64,000 bases of DNA from contig CBDFGR010000003.1 in assembly GCA_965247115.1 (NCBI GenBank), positions 2,176,001 to 2,240,000 on the forward strand. Direction: 5' to 3'. The translations under genes and the position numbers were made by a program. Origin of the DNA: Myxococcota bacterium (GTDB lineage: Bacteria; Myxococcota_A; UBA9160; SZUA-336). Under the pieces are notes generated by a model that did no database searches, was not told the DNA's origin, and was given only the letters and a program-made list of their open reading frames with translations. Shown here piece after piece: positions 29,545 to 40,045 of the stretch (position 1 is the first letter of the stretch; every line of letters starts with the position of its first letter).

Positions 29545-30398
29545 CTCGTCCCGAACTCCTCCGGGATCGGCGCGCTGGCCGCGAAATCTCCGATCCGGAT
29601 CGAGTGGGCATGGAGCAGGTGGCGGGATAGCTCGACGGTCGAGCCGTAGAGAACGTCGCCAACCACGGGGTGGCCCAGGTGAGCCAGGGAGACGCGGAGC
29701 TGGTGGCGCAAGCCAGTACTCGGCCGCAGCTCGACGAGGCTGGTCTTCGCTCCCGGCTCGAGCGGCGCGAGCTGCGTGATCGCTTCTCTTCCGCCGCTCG
29801 TGACGACGCGCGCGTGGTCGCCCCGGTTCTCCAGGCGAAGAACGAGGGTGCTGGCGGCGTCGAGCCGACCGTGTACTCGTGCCACGTAGCGCTTCTCGGC
29901 CGATCGCTCTCGGAATGCCCGACGCGCTCGCCGCCAGGACTCTGCCTCGGTGGCGAAGAGCTGGACTCCCGAGGTGAGCACATCCAGGCGGTGAACGACG
30001 CCTGAGAGCAGGCCGCCCTCGCCCACTCCAGCCAGCCCTGGATAGTGCGCAAGCAGACCGTTCAGCAAGCTGTTCCTCTCCTCGTAGTCGAGCGGGTGGG
30101 TCGGTATTCCAGCAGGCTTGTCGACGGCAACCAGACCCAGCTCCTCACGCAGCACCGGAACTGCGAGATCGGAGTTGGGTGCCGGTCCCTCGCTGGGGTG
30201 GCGGAGCTCGAGGAGCTCCACCAGATCGCCGCGGCGCAGCATGGCACCCTTTCTGGCTGGCTGACCGGCCAGCAGGATCAGCCCGTGACCGATCAGGCGC
30301 CGCACGTAGCCCCGAGTGATGGCAAGCTCCTTCGCGACGACCACGTCGAGTCGCTGACCGGCCAGAGCTTCGCTCACCACGATCGAGCGGGGCTTCAT
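29541..30398 (-). CDS. RluA/RluD family pseudouridine synthase
   Basis: S4-like RLD, DKPAG, VHRLD, TGLRHQLRV and GHPVVGD motifs. Confidence 0.9.
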   Translation of the reverse strand: MKPRSIVVSEALAGQRLDVVVAKELAITRGYVRRLIGHGLILLAGQPARKGAMLRRGDLVELLELRHPSEGPAPNSDLAVPVLREELGLVAVDKPAGIPTHPLDYEERNSLLNGLLAHYPGLAGVGEGGLLSGVVHRLDVLTSGVQLFATEAESWRRARRAFRERSAEKRYVARVHGRLDAASTLVLRLENRGDHARVVTSGGREAITQLAPLEPGAKTSLVELRPSTGLRHQLRVSLAHLGHPVVGDVLYGSTVELSRHLLHAHSIRIGDFAASAPIPEEFGTS

Positions 30399-30417
30399 CG
30401 GTGTAGGACGAGGGCGC

Positions 30418-31374
30418 TCACGCGCCCCGGAAAGAGATCCGGGCGCCACTCTTCTCCAGATCGCGCAGGATCCGGGCCGGGGGGAGCCCTTCGCGCGGGG
30501 TCAGGAGACCCGCGGGAAGCTCGCGCGCGAGGATCGCCTCGACGAGCGAGCCTGCCACGGCGCATGCCGCAGCCGGCGCGTCGCTGCAGCTGACGTCGAT
30601 CCTGGCCTCGGGCTCATGCTGGCTCGCGTCCATCCTGGCCTCGGCACTGACGATGAAGGGCCCCCGGCTCCTGGCTTTCGTAATGGGCTCGAGGAGACGG
30701 CCGGGGAGCCAGGGGTACGGCTCCAGGTAGAGAAGACGCTCCACGCAGTGCGCCCCCGCGAAGCCCGCAAGGTCGAGGCTCTCGGAGCCCCCTAGCCACT
30801 GCGATCCCAGCGGTGCGGGGAAGCGAAAACGAACGGGCAAGCCGCGCGTCGTCCTTGCTCGCGCCTCGTCTGCGTCGCCACGTGCGGTCTCCGTCTGTTG
30901 CCAAGGGCCGGTCGACGCGATGCGCAGCTCGCGAATGAAGCGAAAGCGACGCACCAGGCTCTCAGCAAGCACGCCGGGCAAACCGGGCACAGCCCCCGCC
31001 TGGAGCACCACGGGCACCTGCGCTTTCCACGCGGTCTCGCCGAGCACGTCAAGCGATCGCTCGTCGAGCCGCAACGCGCTCAGACCGACGAAGGGCACTC
31101 GCGTGGAGAGTGCCGCGGAGATCGCCGACGTGAGCTCGCCTCCGCAACAGGCGACGACCGCGTCTGCCCCCTCGAGGACTCGGCGCAGCGGGCGCATGTC
31201 TCTGGCGTCGCAGTACGCGCCGCGGACGCGATCCCCGAAGCCCACCGCCACAGCATCCGCACGCTGAACGCTTCGCCCGGCGACGACAACGTGCGCGCCT
31301 GTTCGCTGCACGAGCTCGCGCACACAGCACCGACCCAGATGTCCGTACCCCCCGAGCACGACCACCTCTGGCAT
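30418..31374 (-). CDS. Saccharopine dehydrogenase-like NAD(P)-binding protein
   Basis: VLGGYGHLG, VAGR and AGAVPGL motifs. Confidence 0.7.
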   Translation of the reverse strand: MPEVVVLGGYGHLGRCCVRELVQRTGAHVVVAGRSVQRADAVAVGFGDRVRGAYCDARDMRPLRRVLEGADAVVACCGGELTSAISAALSTRVPFVGLSALRLDERSLDVLGETAWKAQVPVVLQAGAVPGLPGVLAESLVRRFRFIRELRIASTGPWQQTETARGDADEARARTTRGLPVRFRFPAPLGSQWLGGSESLDLAGFAGAHCVERLLYLEPYPWLPGRLLEPITKARSRGPFIVSAEARMDASQHEPEARIDVSCSDAPAAACAVAGSLVEAILARELPAGLLTPREGLPPARILRDLEKSGARISFRGA

Positions 31375-31406
31375 ACCGAGAGAGTCTAGCGGGTCTTGCG
31401 GGCCTG

Positions 31407-31732
31407 GTCTTGTGGGACCCGGCGCGCGAGCGGTCGCGCGCCACCCACCTCCGCTCAGGGCTACGCCCTTCGCTGCGCGCCGCGTTCGCGGCGCTTGCAT
31501 AGGTGCCAAGCCCCGTAGGATGGAACCTGAACTTGGAGGACCGTCCCTAGGTTCTAACGGAATAAGTTCAGATTAAGGAGTCCCTAAGTTCAGATTCCGT
31601 GGAGAACCGGCTACCTTCTGCGGGGCTTGGCAACCGTGCAAGCGCCGCGAACGCGGCGCGCGCAGCGAAGGCCGTAGGCCTGAGCGGAGGTGGGTGGGCC
31701 GCGGACGCCCGCGGCCCGGGTCCCACAAGACT
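31407..31732. repeat. Mosaic repeat: inverted pair of family-B elements around a degenerate family-A remnant
   Basis: B on minus (31407-31520), A-like segment (31526-31595: GGACCGTCCC and CGGAATAAGTTCAGATTAAGGAGTCCCTAAGTTCAG), B on plus (31594-31732). Confidence 0.85.
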
Positions 31733-32525
31733 AAGGAGCGGGCTCGGAGGTGATGGCGTAGCCGGCGTCGGCGCGGATGGTGAGCTGGCGTTTGCCATCG
31801 AGGTCCTTGATGACGGGGAGGACGGGGACGACAGGGCGTTTGCGCGAGGCGGTGAGGGCGGCCTCGGAGCTCTCGAAGCCTGCGAGCGTGTCCAGGTTGC
31901 GGGCCGTGGGAAAGATGAGTCGGAGCTCTCCGCGTTTGGAACGCTCGAGCGCATCTTCCGGGCGGGTCCAGACGTGGTTCGTGGACTCGATCCCATCGTG
32001 GAGTGCCAGCTGGCCCCGAGGTGTGAGTGTCGAGAAGAAGATCGTGTCGAAGCGGCGCGGCACGTCCTCTGGGGTGATCCAGTGTGCGTGGGCTGCGAGC
32101 AGGTCGGCGGCGAGGTCGAGGCCTTCTTTCTCGATCAGCTCACGAAAGGGAGTTTTTCCGCTTTGGACCTCGAGCCGGTGCTGCGCCAGTGCCGTTGCGC
32201 CGGCCGCGTCGATCAGCCCGGCGGAACCGCGCCTGCGGGCGAGCAGGATCCCGGACTCCTCGAACGTCTCGCGGATCGCGGCCACGAAGAAGCCAAGCGC
32301 CAGCTTCTCGTCGATCGTCGGCAGCGCGGCGCTGGCCTGCTCCGCGCTGAGCCCGCTTACGTGCTCGGCGATCTCGTGATCCTGATCTTCCACGCGTCCG
32401 CCGGGAAAGACGTACATGTCGGGGAGGAACTGGCTCCTGGAATGGCGCTCGAGCATCAGCACCTCGGGCGACACAGGTCCGTCGCGGAACAGGATCACGG
32501 TGGCAGCTGGGACGGGCCTTGGCAT
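31731..32525 (-). CDS. NUDIX hydrolase (acyl-CoA diphosphatase NUDT19-like)
   Basis: YVFPGG, AAIRETFEESG, WITP and RRFDT motifs. Confidence 0.85.
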   Translation of the reverse strand: MPRPVPAATVILFRDGPVSPEVLMLERHSRSQFLPDMYVFPGGRVEDQDHEIAEHVSGLSAEQASAALPTIDEKLALGFFVAAIRETFEESGILLARRRGSAGLIDAAGATALAQHRLEVQSGKTPFRELIEKEGLDLAADLLAAHAHWITPEDVPRRFDTIFFSTLTPRGQLALHDGIESTNHVWTRPEDALERSKRGELRLIFPTARNLDTLAGFESSEAALTASRKRPVVPVLPVIKDLDGKRQLTIRADAGYAITSEPAP

Positions 32526-32573
32526 GGTGCTCCCTCACCGCCATCCTACGCGTTTCCCTGATAGAATTGATGG

Positions 32574-33119
32574 ATGGGGGGAGCCGCAAGCGAGCCCAAG
32601 CTGCGAGAGATCTACTCCGCGCAGCACGTTCGCGAACGCATCGACTCGATCGGTGCCGCAGTGGAAGCCGATTACGCCGAACTGACGAGCGCACCGCTGC
32701 TGGTCGTGATCGCGGAGGGAGCGATCCGCTTTGCCACCGGCCTGGCCGAGAGTATGAAACGGCGTGGGCTGGTGCCCGAGATGCGCGTGGTGCGCGCGCG
32801 GCGGACGGTAGGGACGCGGCTTGGGGAGGTAGAGGTCGAGCACATGGATCCCGAGGTGTTCCGCGGCCGCGACGTGATCGTTACCGATGACATCGCCGAC
32901 GAGGGCCGCACACTCGCAGCGGTAATGGAGCTCGTCGGCTCCGGTGCCCCCGCATCGGTGCGCGTGGCCGTTCTCGTCAACAAGCTCTCACGCCGCAGCA
33001 CCACCCTGCAGCTCGACTACGTAGGCTTCGAGATCTCGGACGGCTGGGTCGTCGGCTATGGAATGGACCTCGACGGCGTCTACCGCGACCTCGACTGCTT
33101 AGCGATCATAGATTCCTAG
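32574..33119 (+). CDS. hpt: Hypoxanthine phosphoribosyltransferase-like protein
   Basis: DDIADEGRTL PRPP motif and VVGYGMD. Confidence 0.8.
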   Translation: MGGAASEPKLREIYSAQHVRERIDSIGAAVEADYAELTSAPLLVVIAEGAIRFATGLAESMKRRGLVPEMRVVRARRTVGTRLGEVEVEHMDPEVFRGRDVIVTDDIADEGRTLAAVMELVGSGAPASVRVAVLVNKLSRRSTTLQLDYVGFEISDGWVVGYGMDLDGVYRDLDCLAIIDS

Positions 33120-33168
33120 CCCTGATCCGGCGTGGGCCTACCTCCGACTCCTTGCGTACACCACGTGA

Positions 33169-33888
33169 CTAGACCTGCAGCAGGATCGCGGTGACGTTGT
33201 CGGGGCTGCCGAGCTCGTTGGCGCGGGCGATGAGCTTGTTGATGGCGGCGTCGAGATCGGGTTCGGACGCGAGCTCGGCGATCTCCGCAGCGGGCACCAG
33301 GTCGTGCAGGCCGTCCGTCGAGAGCAGGAGGCGGGCGCCGCGCGCGATTCGCGCCTGGAGCAGCTCCGGCTCGACCGAGCCCTGTACGCCGACGGCGCGC
33401 GTGATGACGTTGCGATCCGGGTGCTGCCAGGCCTCCGCTTCGCTGATCACCCCGCTCTTTTGGAGGATCGCCACGAGTGTGTGGTCGGTCGTGAGTTGCT
33501 TCAGGTTCCCATCCTTCAGCCGGTACACGCGTGTATCGCCGACGTGCGAGATCACCGCGGTGCGACCGCGGAACTTGAGTGCGGTGAGCGTCGTGCCCAT
33601 GCCGCGCAGATCCCGTTCCGACGCGGCGCGATTCACCGCCTCGTTCGCCTCGAGGACCGCGTGACAGAGAATGGGGCCCTCGTCCTTGATGCGGCGGGCT
33701 GGCAGACGGCTGCGGTACACGGAGATCACGGTCTCTACGGCCACGGCGCTGGCGACCTCGCCGGCAGCGTGGCCGCCCATCCCGTCAGCGATCACGAACA
33801 GATCGAGCTCGGTGATAGCGTGCGCGGCGTCCTCGTTGTTGTCGCGCTGGATCCCCGTATCGGAGTGCAGCGCGTAAGGAACGCTCAT
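33169..33888 (-). CDS. PP2C/Stp1 Ser/Thr phosphatase
   Basis: NED, ADGMGGH, GMGTT, HVGD, DGL and DN motifs. Confidence 0.92.
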   Translation of the reverse strand: MSVPYALHSDTGIQRDNNEDAAHAITELDLFVIADGMGGHAAGEVASAVAVETVISVYRSRLPARRIKDEGPILCHAVLEANEAVNRAASERDLRGMGTTLTALKFRGRTAVISHVGDTRVYRLKDGNLKQLTTDHTLVAILQKSGVISEAEAWQHPDRNVITRAVGVQGSVEPELLQARIARGARLLLSTDGLHDLVPAAEIAELASEPDLDAAINKLIARANELGSPDNVTAILLQV

Positions 33889-34478
33889 GCCGGCTCTCCG
33901 TTGCGGGTCAGCGGCTTCGGCCGCAGCAGGGCGTACTGGATGTGATCCAGGTAGCGACCGTTGACGAACTCGACCTCGCGGGCGATGCCCTCTCGCTCGA
34001 AGCCGAGCTTGTCGACCACCCGCTGGCTCGCATGGTTCTCCAGCGCCACGTGCGCCTCGAGACGATGAAGGTGGTAGACCTGGAAGCCACGGTCGACAAG
34101 GGCGCCGACGGCCTCGGTGGCGATCCCCTTGCCCCAGCTGGACCGACGAATCCAGTAGCCGACCCCGGCGGAGCGTCGGATCCAGTCGATCCGATGCAGA
34201 CTGGTGATGCCGAGCAGGTCTCCCTTGTGTAGATCCTCGATGATGAACTCGTAGGCTCCCCGCCGGGCCAGCGTCGCGCGCGCCCCGCGCAGGTAGCGAC
34301 GCGTGTCTGCGCGTCGGTGTCCATCGTGCGCCCAGGGTAGCCACTGCACCAGGTCCGGCAGGGTCTCCATGATGCCTTCGTGCAGCGCGCCGACATCCGT
34401 GCGCCTGGGAGCGCGCAGCCTGAGACGGCGCGTGACGAGCTCACCTACCGCCGCTTCATCCGCAACAAAAACGCTCAC
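33885..34478 (-). CDS. RimJ/RimL-type GNAT acetyltransferase
   Basis: VGYWI, GKGIATEA and NHASQRVVDKLGFEREG motifs. Confidence 0.88.
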   Translation of the reverse strand: MSVFVADEAAVGELVTRRLRLRAPRRTDVGALHEGIMETLPDLVQWLPWAHDGHRRADTRRYLRGARATLARRGAYEFIIEDLHKGDLLGITSLHRIDWIRRSAGVGYWIRRSSWGKGIATEAVGALVDRGFQVYHLHRLEAHVALENHASQRVVDKLGFEREGIAREVEFVNGRYLDHIQYALLRPKPLTRNGEPA

Positions 34479-34497
34479 TCCGTACCACTCGACTCGC

Positions 34498-36747
34498 TCA
34501 GGCCCCGAGGCGGAGCTGCGCGTACTTGAGCATGATGGTCTTCATGCCGACTCGGTCAAACCGTATCCTGAGTTTCGTAGACTCCCCGGCGCCCTCCACC
34601 CGCTGGATCGTGCCAGCACCGAAGATCGGATGCTCCACGCGCATCTCCTGTTCCAGAGGCGGAAGCTCGTCGGCCCCCCACTGGCCCTCACTGTAGTCCA
34701 CGGTGATACCAGAGTGCTCGTCCAAAGTCCTCTCGCGCAAAGGAGGGGGCGGCATGGGCGCCCGGTGGCCTGCCCTGGGGAGCGATCCGCGGATCAGCTC
34801 GGGTGGGATCTCGGACAGAAAGCGACTGGGCTCGTTGTAGCGGATCGTGCCGTGCATCCGACGCAGGACCGCGTTACTGAGCGAGAGCCGTGACTCGGCG
34901 CGCGTCATTCCCACGTAACAGATACGCCGCTCCTCCTCCAAGGCTGCCGGATCGTCCAGCGAAGCGAAGTGGGGGAAGAGATGCTCCTCCATGCCCACGA
35001 TGAACACGTTCGGAAACTCGAGACCCTTTGCGACGTGGACGGTCATGAGCGCGATGCGATCTTCTCCCTCCTCCAGCGTGTCGGCCTCGGAGAGGAGCGT
35101 CACCTGCTCCAGGAAAAGGTCGAGGAGGCTTCGTTCCGCCTGGTCTCCGAACGCATCCTCCGCGGGCTCCTCACTGTTCTGGCGCTCGAACTCCTCGATC
35201 GCGGAGAGGAGCTCCTTCAGGTTCTCGGCGCGAACCTCGGCTTCGAGCGTACCCTCGCTCTCGAGCTTCTGGAGGTAGCCGCTGCGATCCAGAACGTACG
35301 CGAGCAGCTGCTCGATCGAGCCCCCGGATTCGTGCGCGCGGAGCTCGTTCATCAGCTGGAGAAATCGTTCAACGGAGCGGCCCTGCGCGCCGCGCAGGAG
35401 CTGCTCGCTCGTCGCTCGCTCGAGCGCCTGCCATACACTCGACTGGGTCTCCTGCGCCAGGGCCAGGATGCGCTCGATCGTGCCTCGCCCGATTCCCCGT
35501 GTCGGAGTGTTGATGATCCGCAGCAGGCTCTCCGCGTCCCCGGGGTTGTTGAGCACGCGCAGGTAGGCCAATGCATCCTTGACCTCTGCGCGGTCGTAGA
35601 AGCGCGTCCCGCCGACCACGACGTAGGCAACGTTGTACTTGAGCAGCTCCTCTTCCAGCGGTCGGGACTGGGCGTGCGTGCGGTAGAAGATCGCGCTGTC
35701 ATTGAGCGGCGTTCCGGACTCTCGCAGGCGCAACAGCTCTCCCACCACGTAGGCCGCCTCTGCACGCTCGTCCGCTGCCTCGTAGAAGCGGACGGGCTCA
35801 CCGCCGGCCTTGTCCGTGTAGAGCTTCTTCCCCTTGCGGTCGACGTTGTGCGACACGACAGCGCTGGCGGCATCGAGGATCGCCTGGGTCGAGCGGTAGT
35901 TCCGCTCCAGACGCACCACCGCCGCACCGGGGAAGTCCTTCTCGAAGCCGAGGATGTTGCGAATGTCGGCCTCGCGAAACGCGTAGATGGACTGGTCCTC
36001 GTCTCCTACGACACAGAGGTTGCGGTGGTCCGCGGTGAGCTGACGCAGGAACTGGTACTGGATCGGGTTCGTGTCCTGGTACTCGTCCACCAGCACGTAG
36101 CGCCAGCGCCGCTCGTAAGCCGCGAGCACGCCGGGATAGCTCTGAAAGAGCCGGGTGGTCAGCAGGATGAGATCGCCGAAGTCGAGGGCGTTCGAGCGGC
36201 GCAGCTCGGTCTGATAGCGCTGGTAGATATCTCCGATCTGCTGCGCTTCGAAGCCGGTCTCGCCGGCCAGATCGGCGGGCAGTAGCCCGCGATTCTTCAG
36301 GCGATCGATCTGCGCGCGCACGCCGGCGGGCGGGTACGCCTTCTCGTTGATCTTCATGCTGCGCAGCACGCGCTTGACCAGGTGTAGCGAGTCCGCCTGG
36401 TCGTAGATCGCGAAGTTCGATTCGTAGCCGAGATGCGAGATGTCGCGTCGCAGGATCCGTACACAAGTCGAGTGGAAGGTCGCTACCCAGACGCCTCTGG
36501 TCTCGTCGTCGAGCAGCGAGTATACGCGCTCCCGCATCTCGCGCGCCGCCTTGTTCGTGAACGTGACCGCGAGGATCTCCCACGGTCGGGCTTTGCCGGT
36601 CTCGATCAGCCAGGCGATCCGATGCGTGAGCATGCGGGTCTTGCCGCTGCCAGCACCGGCGAGGACCAGCAGGGGACCTTCGGTGTGCTGAACCGCCTTG
36701 CGCTGTTCCGGATTCAGTCCAGAGACGATCTGCTCGCTACCCGCCAA
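34498..36747 (-). CDS. pcrA: ATP-dependent DNA helicase PcrA/UvrD
   Basis: AGAGSGKT, DEYQD, GDEDQSIY, KGLEF and a C-terminal Tudor-like domain. Confidence 0.94.
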   Translation of the reverse strand: MAGSEQIVSGLNPEQRKAVQHTEGPLLVLAGAGSGKTRMLTHRIAWLIETGKARPWEILAVTFTNKAAREMRERVYSLLDDETRGVWVATFHSTCVRILRRDISHLGYESNFAIYDQADSLHLVKRVLRSMKINEKAYPPAGVRAQIDRLKNRGLLPADLAGETGFEAQQIGDIYQRYQTELRRSNALDFGDLILLTTRLFQSYPGVLAAYERRWRYVLVDEYQDTNPIQYQFLRQLTADHRNLCVVGDEDQSIYAFREADIRNILGFEKDFPGAAVVRLERNYRSTQAILDAASAVVSHNVDRKGKKLYTDKAGGEPVRFYEAADERAEAAYVVGELLRLRESGTPLNDSAIFYRTHAQSRPLEEELLKYNVAYVVVGGTRFYDRAEVKDALAYLRVLNNPGDAESLLRIINTPTRGIGRGTIERILALAQETQSSVWQALERATSEQLLRGAQGRSVERFLQLMNELRAHESGGSIEQLLAYVLDRSGYLQKLESEGTLEAEVRAENLKELLSAIEEFERQNSEEPAEDAFGDQAERSLLDLFLEQVTLLSEADTLEEGEDRIALMTVHVAKGLEFPNVFIVGMEEHLFPHFASLDDPAALEEERRICYVGMTRAESRLSLSNAVLRRMHGTIRYNEPSRFLSEIPPELIRGSLPRAGHRAPMPPPPLRERTLDEHSGITVDYSEGQWGADELPPLEQEMRVEHPIFGAGTIQRVEGAGESTKLRIRFDRVGMKTIMLKYAQLRLGA

Positions 36748-36753
36748 GAGGCC

Positions 36754-38586
36754 TTACTCGACCGTTACACTCTTTGCGAGGTTGCGGGGTTGATCCACGT
36801 CCGTCCCCTTCATGGTGGCAACGTGGTAGGCGAGCATCTGGAGCGGCACCGTCGCCAGGACGGAGCCGTGCGCCTCGGGTGCCTTCGGCACCGCGATCAC
36901 GTCATCGGCATGGTTCGCGGCGTCGCGATTGTCCTGCTCGACCACGGCGATGACGGTGCCACCGCGTGCGCGGACCTCTTCTGCGTTCGAGATCACCTTC
37001 TGGTAGACCGAGGGCTGATTCGCGACGATCACCACGGGGACGTCCTCGTCGACGAGCGCGATCGGCCCGTGCTTCATCTCGCCCGAGGCGTAGCCTTCGG
37101 CGTGAATGTAGGAGATCTCCTTGAGCTTGAGTGCGCCCTCGAGCGCTACCGGGAAGCCGTAGCCGCGCCCGAGAAACAGGAAGTCCCGGGCGTTCACGTA
37201 CTTGCGCGCGATGCTCTCGGTCAGCGACCAGAGGCCGAGCGTCTCTTCCACCAGGCGCGGCAGACGCCGCAGCGCCTCGACCTCGTCGCGGATCTGAGCC
37301 CGGGTGAGCGTGCCGCGTTCGCTCGCGAGCGCGAGCGCGATCAGGTGCAGGGCCACGACCATCGACGTGAAGCACTTCGTCGACGCGACGCAGATCTCGG
37401 GGCCGGCATGCATGTAGAGGACCGAGCCCGCCTCACGAGCAATTGTGCTCTCCTGTCCGTTGCAGATCGCGAGCGAACGCGCGCCGAGGCGTTCCCCCTG
37501 GCGCAACGCCGCGAGGGTGTCCGCGGTCTCGCCCGATTGGGAGACGGGGATGATCATGTGTTCTCGGGTGAGGAGGGGGTCGCGGTAGCGAAACTCGCTG
37601 GCGAAATCGACGTCGCACGGAATCCGCGCCATGCGCTCGATCATCAGCCTCCCGAGCAGGCAGGCGTGCCAGGCCGTCCCGCAGGCCACCAGCTGGATTC
37701 CGCGCAGATTGCGCACGAAGTCGGGATCCAGCTCGATGCCGTCGAGGGAGACGCTGTCGTCCTCGAGCAGGCGCGACGCGAGCGTGTCGGAGATCGCTCG
37801 CGGCTGCTCGAAGATCTCCTTCTGCATGAAGCGGTCGTAGCCGCCTTTCTCCGCCTGCACGGGGTCCCACTGGATGTGTCGCTGGTCGCGCTCGATCAGC
37901 GCTCCCCCGAAAGTCGAGATCTCCACACCCGCCCGGCTCACGAGGCCGATCTCCTCGTCTTCCAGGATCAACACGTTTCGCGTATAGGGCAGGATGGTCG
38001 GGATGTCGGAGGCGACGAACTGCTCCCCATCGCCGAGGCCCACGACGATCGGGTTTCCGCCGTTCTTCGCGATCACGATCTCGTCGAGGGCGTTCTCATC
38101 GATGACGGCGATAGCGTAGGAGCCGTCCAGGTGGCGCACCGCGGCGCGCACCGCCTCGAGAAATGGCGCGCCCCGCTTTCGTTCCTCGCTGATCAGGTGC
38201 GCGATGATCTCCGTATCCGTGTCGGAGTTGAACGTGCAGCCGCGTCCGAGAAGCTCCTCGCGTAGCCCGTGGTAGTTCTCGATGATGCCGTTCCCGACGA
38301 CGGCGACGTTGCCCGCAACGTGCGGGTGTGCGTTCTGCTCCGAAGGCTTGCCGTGCGTGGCCCAGCGCGTGTGGCCGATGCCGACGGTCCCGCCGACCGG
38401 CACGTCACGCAAGGCGGATTCCAGGTTCACGAGCTTGCCGACGGCGCGCACCACACGCAGCTTCCCGTCCTCCAGCACTGCCATCCCTGCTGAGTCGTAG
38501 CCTCGGTATTCGAGCCGGCGCAGCCCATCGAGAATGACGTCCTGGGCGCGTTCCGCGCGGCCGATGTATCCGACGATTCCGCACAT
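36754..38586 (-). CDS. glmS: Glutamine--fructose-6-phosphate aminotransferase
   Basis: MCGIVG, GHTRWATHG and PRNLAKSVTVE motifs. Confidence 0.97.
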   Translation of the reverse strand: MCGIVGYIGRAERAQDVILDGLRRLEYRGYDSAGMAVLEDGKLRVVRAVGKLVNLESALRDVPVGGTVGIGHTRWATHGKPSEQNAHPHVAGNVAVVGNGIIENYHGLREELLGRGCTFNSDTDTEIIAHLISEERKRGAPFLEAVRAAVRHLDGSYAIAVIDENALDEIVIAKNGGNPIVVGLGDGEQFVASDIPTILPYTRNVLILEDEEIGLVSRAGVEISTFGGALIERDQRHIQWDPVQAEKGGYDRFMQKEIFEQPRAISDTLASRLLEDDSVSLDGIELDPDFVRNLRGIQLVACGTAWHACLLGRLMIERMARIPCDVDFASEFRYRDPLLTREHMIIPVSQSGETADTLAALRQGERLGARSLAICNGQESTIAREAGSVLYMHAGPEICVASTKCFTSMVVALHLIALALASERGTLTRAQIRDEVEALRRLPRLVEETLGLWSLTESIARKYVNARDFLFLGRGYGFPVALEGALKLKEISYIHAEGYASGEMKHGPIALVDEDVPVVIVANQPSVYQKVISNAEEVRARGGTVIAVVEQDNRDAANHADDVIAVPKAPEAHGSVLATVPLQMLAYHVATMKGTDVDQPRNLAKSVTVE

Positions 38587-38598
38587 GGTCCCTCTCCT

Positions 38599-39990
38599 CT
38601 ACTCGTCGTCGGAGCCGAAGCGGCGCTTGCGCCAGCCCTCGATGTTGCGCTGGCGTGCGCGGGCAACAGCCAGCGCGGCCCCTGGAACTTGCTTGGTGAT
38701 CGTCGAGCCTGCGGCGACGTAGGCCTCGGACTCGACCTCGACAGGCGCGATCAAGTTCGCGTTGCAGCCCACGAACGCACCATCGCCGATCGTGGTGCGG
38801 TGCTTCTCGATCCCGTCGTAGTTCACGGTAATCGCCCCGCAGCCGATCGTGACACCAGAGCCCACGTCGGCGTCTCCAATGTAGGAGAGGTGATCCGCCT
38901 TCGTGCCGCGCCCGAGCCTGGAGTTCTTGACCTCCACAAAGTTACCGACGCGCACCTCGTCAGAGAGCTCCGTGCCGGGACGCAGGTGAGCGGATGGACC
39001 CACCTCGCAGTTGTTGCCGATCCGCGCCTGCTCGACAAAGCAGTGTGGCTTGAGCGAGACGCCATCGCCGAGCGCCGAGTCGTCGACGATGCAGCCCGCA
39101 TCGATCTGGCAGCCCGCGCCGATCCGGGTCGCGCCGCGCAGCATGGTCCCCGGTGCGACCACGGTATCGGGACCGATCTCCACATCGGCCTCGATGTAGG
39201 TCTGTCCCGGGTCGATCAGGGTCACGCCCTCGCGCATCCAGCGCTGCGCAATGCGCTCACGCATGCATGCCTCTGCCCGCGCCAGCTCGGCTCGCGTATT
39301 CACGCCAAGGGCCTCGTTCCAGTCTTCTACGGCGTGGCTCGCGACGCGGCGTCCGCAGCTCGACGCCTGCTCGACCATGTCGGTCAGGTAGAACTCTCCC
39401 TTCTGGTTCGTGTTGTCGATCTGCTCGAGCGACGCGAACAGGAGCTCTGCGTCCGCCACGTAGACCCCGAGGTTGACCTCGTGGATGGCGCGGATCTCGT
39501 TCGACGCGTCGAGCGCCTCGACGATCCGCTCGGGTCGGCCATCCGCTCCCCGCACGATCCGGCCGTATGCGTCGGGCTCGGGCGAGTCGGCCACGAGCAG
39601 CGCCAGGTCGGCCGACTCCGCGCGGTAGGTGTCCAGGAGCCCGGCCAGGCTGTGGGGGCGGAGCAGCGGATGATCCCCGTTCATGACCACGATGGGTCCA
39701 GCGTGCTCTTCCAGGATGGAGCGGGCCTGCAGCGCGGCGTGGCCCGTGCCGAGCTGCTCCGCCTGGCGGACGAGCTCGACCTCCTGCTCCGCGAGCGCCT
39801 CGCGCAGCGCCTCCTCGCCGCTCCCTACGACCACGACGACTCGCTTTGCGCCGACCTCGCGGCCGAGGCGCAGTGCGTGGAGCAGGATCGGCCGCCCGCA
39901 GACCGGGTGGAGCACCTTCGGCAGACGTGAGCGCATGCGCGTGCCTTCCCCTGCGGCCAGGATGATCAGCGCGAGCTCGCCTGCGGCCAT
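38599..39990 (-). CDS. glmU: Bifunctional GlmU
   Basis: LAAGEGTRM, hexapeptide repeats, GNFVEVK and HLSYIGDA. Confidence 0.96.
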   Translation of the reverse strand: MAAGELALIILAAGEGTRMRSRLPKVLHPVCGRPILLHALRLGREVGAKRVVVVVGSGEEALREALAEQEVELVRQAEQLGTGHAALQARSILEEHAGPIVVMNGDHPLLRPHSLAGLLDTYRAESADLALLVADSPEPDAYGRIVRGADGRPERIVEALDASNEIRAIHEVNLGVYVADAELLFASLEQIDNTNQKGEFYLTDMVEQASSCGRRVASHAVEDWNEALGVNTRAELARAEACMRERIAQRWMREGVTLIDPGQTYIEADVEIGPDTVVAPGTMLRGATRIGAGCQIDAGCIVDDSALGDGVSLKPHCFVEQARIGNNCEVGPSAHLRPGTELSDEVRVGNFVEVKNSRLGRGTKADHLSYIGDADVGSGVTIGCGAITVNYDGIEKHRTTIGDGAFVGCNANLIAPVEVESEAYVAAGSTITKQVPGAALAVARARQRNIEGWRKRRFGSDDE

Positions 39991-40045
39991 CACGTCTCCT
40001 CGGTTCGGCTGGGGAGCAGGAGGTCTGAGGGTACCGGCGTCTCGC

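Noticed and set aside
38586..38599. glmS ribozyme
   Set aside because: Only 12 nt separate glmU and glmS.
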